Origin: Schizochytrium sp. TIO01 | Lineage: Eukaryota; Protista; Bigyra: Labyrinthulomycetes | Assembly (NCBI GenBank): GCA_004764695.1 | Contig: SMSO01000037.1 | Location: 472,747-536,746, forward strand | DNA length: 64,000 nt | Reading direction: 5' to 3' | Shown here: positions 10,826-22,894 of the stretch, piece by piece | Layout: each line of letters begins with the position of its first letter | Position numbering within the stretch: the stretch's first letter is position 1 | Program-made: the position numbers and the translations under genes | The notes under the pieces: generated by a model | Seen by the model: the letters and a program-made list of their open reading frames with translations, nothing else | What the model was told of the DNA's origin: nothing | Database searches by the model: none

Positions 10826-12175
10826 TCACGAAATAACACAACTTTCTTGGTCTTTCTCTGAAGGTGGCGGAGTTGGAACAGATCGAGCGAGGTGCGAGCG
10901 AGGACGGTTCTTGCGGCGAGCACTTGCACGCGAAATACTGGCCATCTTCGCGCACTCCTGAGGCGTAGGGCAGTCACTAAGACTCTTATCATCATGTTTG
11001 TGATCTGAGAATGTCTTGACAGCACTGTAATGGTCTGCTGCGCGAGGGGAGTCCGCATTTTGTACATTGGGTTTTACTCCTGGTTTTGCAGGGCGGTTTT
11101 TGCAGACAGCTAGCGTACCAATTTTGTACTTGGGCCAAAGCTTATTCTTAGAGAACTTTGTGTGGAAGTCAAAATCTGCAGATGCATCCTCCCCCGCCCT
11201 GGCCAGTATCGATTTAAAACCCCCTGGGTGTTTGCGTACATACCTCGTCACATCATATACAACTCCATGAGCAGTGATCCAGCAGTCATCTGCCGTGCAA
11301 TGTTTTCGAACCTGTTCCGGCGTATACATACCAACGAGCGGTTGAACCGTCACGCAGTCCATTCTTTGACACCTTCTGCACACCACTGGTGTTCTCGCCA
11401 CTGCCGATACGCTTCCGCTCTGCTGTTCCCTCGACACCTGTTCCGATACTCTCACCTTCGGCGTTGCCTCCGCCACCTCCTTGAGGGTCTCCTTGCCTGG
11501 CTCCAGAACCATGTCCTCAATGTCTACCTCAATCTCCTGAAGTGAATACGTCCTGGTCACTGGGGACATTCCCATAGTCTCGTCCCTGTCTTTATCCGCT
11601 TCCAGCATTTGCCCCGGCATCCTTGCAGACAGGGAAAACGCCCTTCTCCGCGCTGTTCCCTCGCGGGCAATGCCCTCACGCTTTGCAACATCATTGCCAC
11701 TTGTCCCAGGGCCCTCCTCCTGTGAAGCTTCTGTGTTTTCTGCATCGCCCTCGCCGTTCTTTGAGCCCTGCTCAAACACAGTCAGACCGCAAGCGCAGTA
11801 CTCGTAGCGCGCTGAAGAAAGAGATCGAGGTCTCCGACGAATGGACGAGGCAGCCTTGGAGGCATTTTTAAGGTCCCCGGTGGGAGACGAGGCCGCAGTC
11901 AAAGTTGATTCTGCGAGGGTCTCTGCAGGAGCTCCTGGTCCAGGGTTGGTGGACGAGGGTGGAGTTTGGGCAGGAAAACTCGACGAGCTCGAGGAGTAGG
12001 AGTAGGAGGAGGGGACGAAGGCAGCATCGGCCGCTGGCGCAGACGAGGCCGGAGTGGCAGTGGAAAGGGGCGGAGACTTGGAGGGCTGGTTCGGGCTGAG
12101 AGGCATCCTGTGGTGGCGGCAGGAGGCGGCGCGGGGGCCTCCCACCGCAAGCGCCACCGTCGCGGTCTCCATCAT
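10826..12175 (-). CDS. Cytochrome b5-like heme-binding domain protein with long disordered N-terminus and C-terminal CaaX (CVIS)
   Basis: YTPEQVRKHCTADDCWITAHGVVYDVTRYVRKHPGG..ILARAGEDASADFDFH..KYKIGTL is a canonical b5 domain with both axial His. Ends in ESCVIS-stop. Start placed at the MM at 12175 because the upstream in-frame part is a pyrimidine-rich tract. Confidence 0.9.
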   Translation of the reverse strand: MMETATVALAVGGPRAASCRHHRMPLSPNQPSKSPPLSTATPASSAPAADAAFVPSSYSYSSSSSSFPAQTPPSSTNPGPGAPAETLAESTLTAASSPTGDLKNASKAASSIRRRPRSLSSARYEYCACGLTVFEQGSKNGEGDAENTEASQEEGPGTSGNDVAKREGIAREGTARRRAFSLSARMPGQMLEADKDRDETMGMSPVTRTYSLQEIEVDIEDMVLEPGKETLKEVAEATPKVRVSEQVSREQQSGSVSAVARTPVVCRRCQRMDCVTVQPLVGMYTPEQVRKHCTADDCWITAHGVVYDVTRYVRKHPGGFKSILARAGEDASADFDFHTKFSKNKLWPKYKIGTLAVCKNRPAKPGVKPNVQNADSPRAADHYSAVKTFSDHKHDDKSLSDCPTPQECAKMASISRASARRKNRPRSHLARSVPTPPPSEKDQESCVIS

Positions 12176-14772
12176 CGCAGACAGCGAAAGAGAAATGGAA
12201 ACAGGCAAAGACAACGCAAGAAATAAACAGAAAGAAAAAACCAGGAAAAGAGAGAAAGAAAGAAAGAAAGGGAATTGCTTAGGCACTCTATAGTTGAATG
12301 TCCCTACAGTGTGGATCATAAAGTACCTGAATAGAACGCGCCTCAGTGATATGTATGCATCTATGAATGTATGTATTATGTAGTTTTTGTATGTATGCAG
12401 TTTTTATATGTAGTTTTTGTATGTATGTATTTTTTATATGTATGTATGTATGTGGTGGAGAAAGAAGAAGCTCGCGGTGCTAGTAGTGCCTATGGCCTCG
12501 CGTAGGACTTCAGAACTTTCAAGCTCTTCTTACGCTGTGTTTTATTTCACTTTAACTTTTAATGCTTTGTATAATAAAATTATATTTATTCTCATATGAT
12601 CCTTCGATGCAACTTTCTATTTAAGTTGTTTAATTTGTTTTTATTTTTATTAGAAATTGCTTTTAGAAATCAGTTAACTTTAATTCATTAGTGTGTTATT
12701 TTCGGACGCCACGATCAATTTCACTGCAAACTTTGGGGAACGTCTGTGTCGTTGGTGAATCGCGCAGTTGCAGGAGGATAAATCGGTCTGTTATGCGTCG
12801 AGCAAGGACTGCTGCGGCGCTACTCTTTCTCAGCTTCTCCTCCGCGCTGAAGCTTGCCTTCGCTAAATCCACCGCTGTTTCTCGCTATGTTGTATGTGCT
12901 GACCCGCTCATGTCGCACAAGGTGAGCAAATGAATGCCTTCTGCCTAAGCCACACATACGCGATACCGTAGGTGTACACGGGGTCGGGTGGGACCGCGCA
13001 GCGCCTAAAGAGCAAACGCTAGTATTGGCTAGCTGGCTACTAGGCAGGCTCTTAGGGCGTGGATGCTGGGGAAGAACTGATCGATCCTACAGGTGATCGA
13101 TTGATTCACTGATTCATTGATTCATTGATTCATTGACTGACTGACTGACTCGAAAGTGACATCGACCCTCCATCCTTTGGGGCCCTGCTCCATTCTGTGC
13201 GGAGAGGGCTCTCTTCGTGTCAGTTAGTTCGCTGGGCAATCAGCTCGAACCGGTGAGCTGCTTAGTACCTCAGAACTTCAGCCAAAAGAAAGGGAGAAAG
13301 AGAGGGAAAACAAACACAGAGAAAGCCAGGAACGAGTAAAACCTAAGTAGGTGTAGGTAAGTTAGTTAGTTAGGAGCTTAGTAAATAAGTAAATAAGTAA
13401 AGGTACCACCAAAGTTTATTTATTCCCTCACTTCTCTTTTCCCTCTTTCTATTCTTTTATCTCTGGGCAAACAGTGAATTATTAGGTGTGTTTTTTTCTT
13501 TCTTTCTTTTTTTACAGTCACAACAATTATTTTCAACTCTAAGAAAGAGACAGGAAAAAGTAAAACTGTGTATTTTATTCTCGACTGGGACTGCTAGGGG
13601 TACTGCATAGGGGAGGCTAGGCCTGTGCATTTTGCTACACCTTCAATCTACAGGACCGAGTGACTTTTAAAGCGAATAGAGTGAAGGTCACTTGGCTTGT
13701 GGAAACCAGGGCCGCCTAGCTCAGCTGAGCACAGCGTATATCTGGCCGCCTGGACTGGCACTGGGCAGCATAGAACAACCTCCATGGACGCCATGACACG
13801 CAGGTCTGCCACATCAAAGCAAACTTATGGCAGCTCTCCGAAAACCATCTCCACCTTGAAAAGCCATCCTGAAGAAAAGTTCAGCTTTTAAAAGAAAGGA
13901 GTTAAAGGTTTTTTGTTTGTTTTTTCCTCCGCGGACCAGGCCTATTTTAAAATAAAATAAAAATTATATTCATTCATAACATTAAATTAAATTAAATTAA
14001 AAAAAAAAAAAAAAGTAATTAGAATTATATTGCCTTCATTCCCGCGATAGAGCAAACGCAGTCTGCAACGATGTGCAATTCAAGCCTGAGAAGTCTGCCG
14101 GTGCCCGCAATAATGCACTTAGCCAACCAGGTATCGCCCGGCCGTCATATTCTCGCCCGAGTTCCACTGCATCTCGTGCGCAAACTACACTTGATTCTAT
14201 CGGTTCATGTGCGACAATCTTCGATGCCTTAATTTATTTTTGAGACAGCGGCGTCTTTTATTACTTTACTTGCCTCTCGAAGGGTTTATTGAGACAAACA
14301 AAGTAAAGTCTTTGACCTCGAATCGAAGACGGTCTCGCCGCTGCAAACCGGGATAGCCTGCGCAGGCGGCCCCGAGGCAGCTCCTCCGGGGAGATCGGGG
14401 CAGGCCCGGGCCGGCCCAGGCGGTCGCCGCAGAGAGCAGCTGGCGTCTGCAGCGGAAGGCTCCACTCAGCCTTCAGCGAAGCCAGAACTCGAACTCGAAC
14501 GAAGGAAGACGAAGAACTGGCGGTGGAATCGAAGCAAAACCAGTTGAGAAACATACATACAGAATACAGAATCAATGCCGACTACGCGCCAATGACTGCG
14601 CAGGCCTTGAGGCAACGGTGCGCTCGACCCAAATCCCGCAAGCCTTCCGAAGACGAAGACGAAGGCTCGGGCTGGAGCTGGGAGCTGGCGGAGGAGAAGT
14701 CTTCGCAAAGGCTTTGCTCGTCAAAGGCGAGGAATGCAATTCCTCAGGTCAGGACCTGAACGAGAGAGCGAG

Positions 14773-14814
14773 TTCTTCTTCTTCTTCTTCTTCTTCTTCT
14801 TCTTCTTCTTCTTC
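14773..14814. repeat. (TTC)14 microsatellite
   Basis: Perfect trinucleotide run. Confidence 0.95.
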
Positions 14815-15365
14815 TGCTTCGAGTGCAACGAAGAAGACCACCGAAAGCCTAGACCCTCACAAAGGCGAGCGCCACTCACACTGCGCACTCCTCACTCGCT
14901 CTCGACGTCCCAGCGAGGCACCCGGAGAACCTGCTGCAGCATCAGCTTGCTTCATCAGAGCCACGCTGCTGCGTTCGATCGATCGACATCGAACTGAGAC
15001 GATCTGCAACAAAACAAGAGGCACTGTGAAATGGTCCGTCGTACGGTAGATCAACGAACTCCAGTTGAAGGTCTCTTTGATTCGCTGATCTGTCTATTTG
15101 TTTGTTTGATTGTTTGATTATTTATTTATTCATTGATTTATTTTTATGAAATTTAGCTATTACAATAAATTCCAAGGGGAGACAAGCAAAGAGGCGGATA
15201 GACAGCTTGGTGGAGAATAGATAAACGTGCCGGGGACGGGACCCTCGTGCCGCAAAGGAGTGTCTTGGAGCAGAAGAGATCGAACGCACGCAGTGTCAGT
15301 CACGGCTCTCGGCGGCGCTTGTGTGCAGGGCGTGTTGGTTTGGTTTCGACACGAAACACTGTGTA

Positions 15366-15366
<1 letters not shown>

Positions 15367-15420
<54 letters not shown>
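15367..15420. repeat. (TTGA)n microsatellite
   Basis: About 13 perfect units followed by a TTTC-rich tract. Confidence 0.95.
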
Positions 15421-18400
15421 ATTTCTTTCTTTCTTTCTTTTTTTCTTTCTTTCCTTCTTTCTTTCTCGCGAAGGCAGCGTAGAATAGGCTGGTGTACTAT
15501 ATTACCTATTTTACGGACATCGCAGCGAACCGAACTGAAAGAAACCGATCGGAGAGAGGTCTTTATACTGGTTTCTACTGCTTCTTTTTGTCATCAGCCA
15601 AATCAAAGGCAGCCGCAGAGAGCCCTGGCTTTAGTGCATTTGTTGACGTACACGAGAAACAGCGGATCGTTTGGAGTACTTTCTCTTTTTCTTTCTTTTC
15701 CTTTTGATTACCGCAAAATAACTTGGAAAAAAAGAGACAGTGAGGCTACTTTTATTTGCCATTACCACCTCTACATTTTTAGCTGCACTACCTTACCTAT
15801 TCCAAAGTATTCAATTGCGAAGGGTATCAACGAAGGGAGAACTGCAAAGAACTAGCTCTGCTGTCGATTTACCCTAATACATTGCCAATCATGGTATTAC
15901 TGCCAGTATGTATTTTTTTTTTACTTTATTATTTTTTTTTAATTTTTTTTAACTTTACAAAGAATTTGATAATAGTAATAATAATAATTATTATATTATG
16001 TGAAATACAGCTACTTTTGTTTGTTTTTAAGTGTGCACAAACAAGCACAGGATGCGGAATGCGCTGCACTCGGCGTTGGACCCTGCGGGGGTCCGAGGAC
16101 GAGAGAACCGTGCATGATGGTGATCTACATCACGATTTACAAACCTATGGCGAGGAGTATTTACTGGCGCAGATAAACTTTCGATGTAGGTCAAATGCAT
16201 CGTAGTAGGTACCTACTGGTTCTCAGCTTGAATACTAGTTCTCAGCTCTTCAAGATGGGCGCTTAAAAGCATCGCTGATGGGATGCCATGCAGTGTGAGC
16301 TGGGCTGAATAGAATGGTTGAACACAAGAAGACATATCAATCTGTAAAGCTCGAAGAAGTCGCAGCAGTGAAAGTAGGGCCTTGATTCCTCGCTCGATTT
16401 ACCTCTTTATGAACCATCATAGCATGTACTGATTCTAGGGTACTTCTACTCGTAATCTCATGCCGCGAAACGGCATCATAGCGCTCGCTCGCGCCATCAT
16501 TACAATTGCTACCATCGCCGCTGTAAACAGTGGTAGTAGTAGTAGGCATTGAAAACGCTCGAGTCGCTACGTATTGAATGCCACGGTGGCAATATCATGG
16601 CAACTCAGAACCTTCGTGGTGGCCGCTAGCTGCTCGAAGCTGTTACGGCCGTTCTTGAAGTTGTTTTAATCTGTGATTGCAATGGGGTCTGAGATGACCA
16701 CATCTATTAAAAGCTGCGTTGGTATGAGCTTTCAATCCTCACGACGAACTTCGAGTTTGACAATACAGTAGTATCGATGTTGCTGATAACAAAGTTACGA
16801 AGGGCAGCGAATTATCAGAAAGGTCATATCGTGATAGCGACAGCAGGACCTCGACATCGTCAAAGAGCAAGCCGAAAATGTCCAGAGCAGTGAAAAGAAT
16901 GTGAAAATGAAAAAAACGAAACTACAATAATATAATTCGTAGCCTTGTAGGGTTTTAGCATTGGCCGCATCGCAACGAACATGATCCGATGCGTTTACGC
17001 GAATAAGTTGATTGACCTCCAGTCTGTCCATCCCTAACGCATCTGGCTGGGAGTCATTTGTGTCACCACGCTAAACATTGTTGATCGTTTCGCGCTACTG
17101 TAAGCAAAACTGTGGTCTTTGGTTTACAAAAGAAGAACACTTGCTTTGCAGAAAGCAGTAGTTTTTTACTGTTTTTGTGTTATTGTTACTGCTGATAATG
17201 ACATTGATCGTAGTGCCCTGTGCTGATGCGATAAAGTATAATTGTTTTTACATAATTTAGCACAACGCTAGGAAGAGAAGCTGCAGGAGGAATACCAGCC
17301 AATAGTCCTCCACTTCAAGAGAATATGAATGTGTTTTATTTTTATTTTAACAGAGCAAAGTCGTATTCACAGACGTTGTCTGTGTTCTGAAATCATGAAA
17401 CCCTGAAATAACAACCCCAATTGGAGTCAGTAAACTGTTTTTTTTTTTTTTTAATGGATACCAAATCAAGTCACAGAAACCTTGTGATCACTTTGTCGAT
17501 GAATTTCTAATAAAAAAATAAAAAGCATTGAATGACACCGGGAGAAGCTAGGGTCATTTTGAATAATAATAATAATAAATTACAAATATTCAATGCCTGT
17601 GTCTATAGTGGCGCCGTTGTAATTCATGCGAAAATATGAAAAGTCCGCCTCACACAAATGATATAAGAAGAAATTGAGCAACAACAACAACAGCAAAACA
17701 GATAACTAACATGGGGATACCTCTGAATATCGAAGGGGGTGTCGCAAAAAAGGTTCTGCATTGCCCATTCCCTTTAAAACCAAAAAAAAAAGTAAAATTT
17801 TGCATTACCAAAATCTTTACATTTGTAAGGAGTTGATTTTGTACAAAAGAGATTATCTAGCACGAAATAACATTCCTGATCTTTATCAAATTAAATGCAA
17901 GCTCCTCAGCAGAATTTTAAAGAACAAACATCAATCGTTACATTCCTTGGTGATGCTGAAAGGTGAACTGGTCAGCTAGAGGCTATAAGAAGACTTAGAA
18001 GGCTTACTTAAGCTCAGCTTTTGGAGCTAGCAATCTGCATTCCTTGATTGGTCTAAGTCGTGTTAGAATTAGTAGATATACTAAACGGGCTTGATCGATA
18101 ATATATATGGACGAAGAGGCTCGACTATTTACCTCTTTATCTATCAATTACGATTTCGACATGTTTATTCTATTGAATATGGTTGTTCACCTCTGTCCCT
18201 GAGTTCACGACCCCAAATCTAATATTCAAATTCTTTGCCCTAATTCCTCGAGGAATTCCAATGAAACACAAAGAGTTCAATCAACAATTTGACCCGTGCA
18301 TTTTTTCAAGTTAGGATCTCCGCAGGTAGCTTTAAACTTGGCATGCAATTGTAAAGCAGTTACAAAAGAATTTACTCATAGTTCAGGAATTCTTAGGTCT

Positions 18401-19410
18401 CTCTCTTAGAGAGGTGTACCAGGCAGTCAGTCACTACATAACACTATTAGCTTAGTGACATCAGAGAGAGAAATATTGGAATACTGACATCCGCAAGTAA
18501 ATATATGTAAAAAATAGAACAGCTCACAGCTAAGGGAAGTATATAGATACCCAACAAAGATAAGTCTCTATAACCTCGAGCCAATACTTAAACATGTAAA
18601 ATGTGCAGCAGCTTTCTCTTAGTTCTTGGCAAATGTAGACTCTATTTCGAACGTGATCTGTCGCTGAAAGTTGACCCTGCATCGTGAGACACACAAACAT
18701 AAAAAAAGCAAACTCCTAACCAAAACTTTTCTTTCTACCAATTCGTACTTTCTAACATGGGACAATCACATGTGTTTAGAAAATCGGTTCTCACGATCTA
18801 TTGATTGAAAGGGGCTACTGACGAGTACTGATCAATCTTCATGCGTGAAGACACTGTCAGTGGTAAGGTCAGGAAGAGACCGAGTCGACTTCCATTAAAG
18901 TTACGATAACATTCTCTTAACTATAAACATAGTAAATTGATGCCAAGTGCTAGCAGCATGGCGTATCGGTTCATCGCCAATGACCTAGGCCTCCCTTGAC
19001 TCGCAATATGTAATGCATCGTTTAAACTAAACCAAACATCAATCAAAGAGTTTGTTCTGAAATAGCTCGCCTGTGGCATGACATGAATCTTCCTTGGATA
19101 CTGAAGATCTGCTGACGACTGTCTAAACTATTCATACACGAGTTATTTACGCAGGGTAGGTAGAGGCCATCATGCATTTGTGCACGCATACACAGCACAG
19201 AAAGTAGAGTTGACACACTAGATACGTGCTGAACTCGCCGCCACAACCGGACTTGCACCTAGCACTACATACATCACTTAAATCTACTTGTTGTTCTAAT
19301 AAATTAATTTAAGTAAATACATTGAGATTAGTCCTCAACGTAGCCTAGGGAATTTCTTTTCACCTCAATTGATCAATGGAAGATTAGTCTTTGCAAAAAA
19401 GATTTAGGAA

Positions 19411-20136
19411 TTAAAGCTCCTCTTTTTCTGTTGCTAAAACTTGCACGAGGCGGCGTTCCGCCTCTTCCCAGTCAAGAATAGGCAACACTGCGTCAACATA
19501 GTCTTTGCGCTTGTTTTGGTGCTTCAGGTAATACGCATGCTCCCATACATCCAGGGCAAGAATGACATGAAGGCCCTTACTCGCCGGAGTATCTTGATTG
19601 CCAGTAGTCTCCACTGTCAAAACTTGAGTTTCTGGGTTGAAACATAACCAGCACCATCCTGATCCAAAAACACCCATGCACGCCTCACTAAAGATAGACT
19701 TAAATCCGTCAAAAGACCCAAATGTCTCGTTGATAGCCTCACTGAGCTTAGAACTTGAAGCAGGCTCACCAGCACCTTTTGGGCTGAGGTTGTGCCAGAA
19801 CTGGTCATGGTTCACATATCCTCCTCCGTGATTTTGAACCTGCCCACGAAGTCGAGGAGGAACTTCATCCAAATGTTGTAAAAGCTTATCAACACCCATT
19901 TTGGCCAAGTACTTCAGCTCTGGGTCTCCACGCAAAGCTGTTAGGGCCTGATTTAACTTATCTGTATAGGCCTGGTGATGCTTTAGATGATGAATACGCA
20001 TAGTCTCCTCATCAATGTAAGGCTCCAGCGCATCATACGCATATGGCAATGGCGGCAAGGGTAGGTGCTGGCCTTCACCAATTCCAGCGAGCCCACAGAC
20101 GAAAACAGACATCAAAACCCACGAACGGAAACCCAT
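19411..20136 (-). CDS. Fe/Mn-family superoxide dismutase (Mn-type signatures) with signal peptide and C-terminal KEEL
   Basis: LPPLPYAYDALEPYI, HHLKHHQAY, NHGGGYVNHDQFW, VFGSGWCWL, NQDTP, LDVWEHAYY: all four metal ligands present. GGG and the Gln of NQD are Mn-type residues. Hydrophobic N-terminus ending GEG-Q; ends EKEEL. Confidence 0.96.
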   Translation of the reverse strand: MGFRSWVLMSVFVCGLAGIGEGQHLPLPPLPYAYDALEPYIDEETMRIHHLKHHQAYTDKLNQALTALRGDPELKYLAKMGVDKLLQHLDEVPPRLRGQVQNHGGGYVNHDQFWHNLSPKGAGEPASSSKLSEAINETFGSFDGFKSIFSEACMGVFGSGWCWLCFNPETQVLTVETTGNQDTPASKGLHVILALDVWEHAYYLKHQNKRKDYVDAVLPILDWEEAERRLVQVLATEKEEL

Positions 20137-20699
20137 CGTATCTAATCTTGCAAAGGTGAATATACCAAATCAGTATCAACAAGGTCTCAAACCTCGAAAG
20201 GAAAGGGGCAACGCAAAAGCCCCAAAGCGTTCCGCAAAGTTGATCTCCACGGGTAGCAGTGCAAGATCAGTGCAAGATTGGAGCAAAGCGAGGTCGCTCT
20301 GGCGAGTGGGAGAAAGGAACCCTTTTGTCGAACTGCCGCATTTAGTATCTCAAAAGCAAAAGAACTATTTTCTAAAATTACTTTACACCTTCAACAACTT
20401 TATGAATAGGTTGGGAACAAGGTGCTCTACCTATCTTCGTAGGTACACCTACGTACCATTGTTGAGATTTCAGGTTATTGAGGTGTCTGCTGCAAACACG
20501 TTTCGCTTGCGGCGGACCACGCAACGTGCAGAAGCAGCGCTGTTCTTGGGCTGCCTTTTCTTCAACTGTTGGATCCCGCAGCTAACCTTCGAATCAACAC
20601 TGGGTTAGACCAAACCCTGCTTTGCACCGTTCCCCACCTTGAAGGCAAGAAAGCAAGCGTGACAAGAGGAAGTCTTGGAGATCGCGAAGCACATTGAAA

Positions 20700-21563
20700 A
20701 TGCGAGGTGGAAAGAAGGTCAAGCAGAGCTTGGCTTCTACAGAAAAAGTTGAGGATCATAATAATGTTGACGCGGGAACAGAGGAGCTGAAAGTCTCTAA
20801 TGACGAGAGCAACGTAGACAAGGTCGGCGACAAGCTCTCAAATCAAGGAGTCAAAAAGACAGAATCTTCAAAAGAGAAAAATGGCAAACGAAGTGTAAAG
20901 AATATCACCGAAGATGATGAGGCTGGGGACAACGAGGATGGTGACGAAGATGAAAATCACGTTGAGGAACTCAAGTCAGCATACCAAGTTGCCCGTGAGG
21001 CTAATATTCGTCGTAACCTTGCTGAGCTTGAGGCACTTGGACTTGACCTTGGACCATCCCTTACCTCGGCGGAGAATGAAAAGTCTAGAAAAAAGCCGGC
21101 TACAAAATCGCCTCAAAAGCGAGTTAAAGCACCTCCTCGTGAAGGTACACGCAAATCACGAAGATTGGCAAACCAAGAAGCCATGCCGGTTCCAGTTGAC
21201 CCACGAATGGTAAGAACGTTAGATGGTGAAAGTGATGATGATGAAGACGAAGACGAGGACCGTCGTGCCTACCTTTCAACAATGGAGCGTAAGATTGCAC
21301 GTCTCAAAGAACTTCATGAAAAGCAAGGGTCCACATATAAAAATCCAACTGCGACGTATGAGCATACTTGGATGCGTGTAAGAACAATGTCAGACAAAGC
21401 ATTGGCCCGACGTATTAGCGTCATTGAGAAGGCATGCGGCGAACATTGCATTGTTAAAATGCGCATGTTTGCCGAAGTGCTGATTCTTGCAAATAAGCAC
21501 AAGCTTGCTGAAGATGCAGAGGCGGCCCTCAAAAGACTAAACTCGCTTATTACCAAAGCTTAA
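20700..21563 (+). CDS. Putative nuclear/chromatin protein with AYQ.ARE.NI.RN...L..LGL motif, RKSRRL basic motif and helical C-terminal domain
   Basis: ORF from ATG 20700. SAYQVAREANIRRNLAELEALGL resembles the N-terminal motif of WDR76/Cmr1- and CDCA7-type proteins. Alternating acidic and basic tracts. Head-to-head with the SOD gene, about 560 bp apart. Confidence 0.8.
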   Translation: MRGGKKVKQSLASTEKVEDHNNVDAGTEELKVSNDESNVDKVGDKLSNQGVKKTESSKEKNGKRSVKNITEDDEAGDNEDGDEDENHVEELKSAYQVAREANIRRNLAELEALGLDLGPSLTSAENEKSRKKPATKSPQKRVKAPPREGTRKSRRLANQEAMPVPVDPRMVRTLDGESDDDEDEDEDRRAYLSTMERKIARLKELHEKQGSTYKNPTATYEHTWMRVRTMSDKALARRISVIEKACGEHCIVKMRMFAEVLILANKHKLAEDAEAALKRLNSLITKA

Positions 21564-21820
21564 ATTTCAGATATTCTGTCATATCTAATCCATATGTTCT
21601 TCAAATAATTCTTATGTTGTCGTATATTTAAAGGGATTTTCTACTGAGAATACATCGTTAGGTCAACTTATTGAGAGAATTGTGGACACTCACACAAGTC
21701 CGAAGAAAATATCGAAGACATTGAAATGCAATCCAATGCACTGGCTTTGCTGAAACTCTTGGTCTCGCATTCACGACAGACCTTCAGAAATCAGGGGCAG
21801 AGCTAAAACAACTGCATAGA

Positions 21821-22894
21821 TCAATAAATTAGAGATATACTTTGCAAATTGTCTTGAATCCATACCTCTTCGACATCAACTGAAAATTTGCCTTCAGGAA
21901 AAGATGAATGTGCTGCCCACTGGTTTTTAAGCCATGCATGGAATTCTACTAGTGAATGAAATTGAAGTGAGGGTGCGCCTGTCACGCCGCTAGCTCTATA
22001 ATCTGGTTTTGATTGAGAGAAAAAGAGGCTTTGCACTTGCAATCGTAAAGCCTCAAATTCGTTACTATCCTCACTATCCGTCACGGACAAAGGAAATGTC
22101 AAGACAGCTTCCCCATTACTATTCACGAAAACAACGCAAGGTGATAAACCAGTTACCCGTAGAGAGCGAACAGCATGATCAGCTCCTAGCCCAAAGTGAG
22201 GGCCAGCCCAAACATGCAAATTACTTTGCCAAGCACCCGCTGTTTTTGATGAAAGAGAAATATTAGCTATAGTATCTTTCACAGTTTCAAGAGAGTCGTC
22301 TGTAGCAACCATTCGTAAAACCATGGGTAGCCCGCGAAAAGTCTCATAAAATTGCTCAACAATGAGCTGCTGTGAGCAATAATTCCATGCTGCCCAAAAC
22401 ATCAAGGCTACTGGTTGCCCGCGAGGAATAAGTTTTTGTCGCTCTCCTGAAAGGTCCACCACATCAACATTTCGAGCATCTTCTTCCCCAATTTCAAGTT
22501 CTACTCCAATTGATATGTCAGGGAACTCTGATGCAATTTCCTCAACCTGGGTTTCCATTGCCTCGGGATCAATATTAAGGGCCTCCGCAGCATGCAAAGA
22601 GCACCAGCCTCCAATTCCAGCGCTTCTTAGGGTTTGAGTCTCGCTACTAAAGGGTGCCCGTACGTCATCCTGAGTTAAAGACCATGATAATGTCTTTCGC
22701 AGCCAAACATGAATCTGTGAACCATCTCTTGCCACACCATGTCGTGCAGTTTTCTTGACAACCTCACTCAGGAGCTTCCTCACATGGTTTCCTATCTCTG
22801 TATTGCTGTTGTCTCTACACATATCATCCACAACCTGAGGAGTTTTCGGCCCTATTGCGCTTTTAGCCTCCAAAGGCTTGGTAGTATTTTCCAT
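21821..22894 (-). CDS. Thioredoxin-fold (TlpA/redoxin-like) protein lacking a CxxC motif
   Basis: VVDLSGERQKL..RGQPVALMFWAAWNYCSQ, MVATDDSLE and LRVTGLSPCVVFVNSNGEAV follow the TlpA-like pattern (DL.G....L....GK.VLL.FWA.WC..C; P..V.ID..G.V). Start uncertain; an upstream exon is possible. Confidence 0.7.
   Translation of the reverse strand: MENTTKPLEAKSAIGPKTPQVVDDMCRDNSNTEIGNHVRKLLSEVVKKTARHGVARDGSQIHVWLRKTLSWSLTQDDVRAPFSSETQTLRSAGIGGWCSLHAAEALNIDPEAMETQVEEIASEFPDISIGVELEIGEEDARNVDVVDLSGERQKLIPRGQPVALMFWAAWNYCSQQLIVEQFYETFRGLPMVLRMVATDDSLETVKDTIANISLSSKTAGAWQSNLHVWAGPHFGLGADHAVRSLRVTGLSPCVVFVNSNGEAVLTFPLSVTDSEDSNEFEALRLQVQSLFFSQSKPDYRASGVTGAPSLQFHSLVEFHAWLKNQWAAHSSFPEGKFSVDVEEVWIQDNLQSISLIY

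Noticed and set aside
12176-12319. Hydrophobic N-terminal extension of the cytochrome b5 ORF as a signal or TM segment
   Set aside because: It is the translation of a TTTC/CT-rich tract typical of UTRs and introns here; the downstream MM at 12175 is the more plausible start.
14261-15054. Overlapping short ORFs in a GC-rich patch
   Set aside because: No domain, dependent on a (TTC)n repeat; more likely promoter or 5' UTR sequence.
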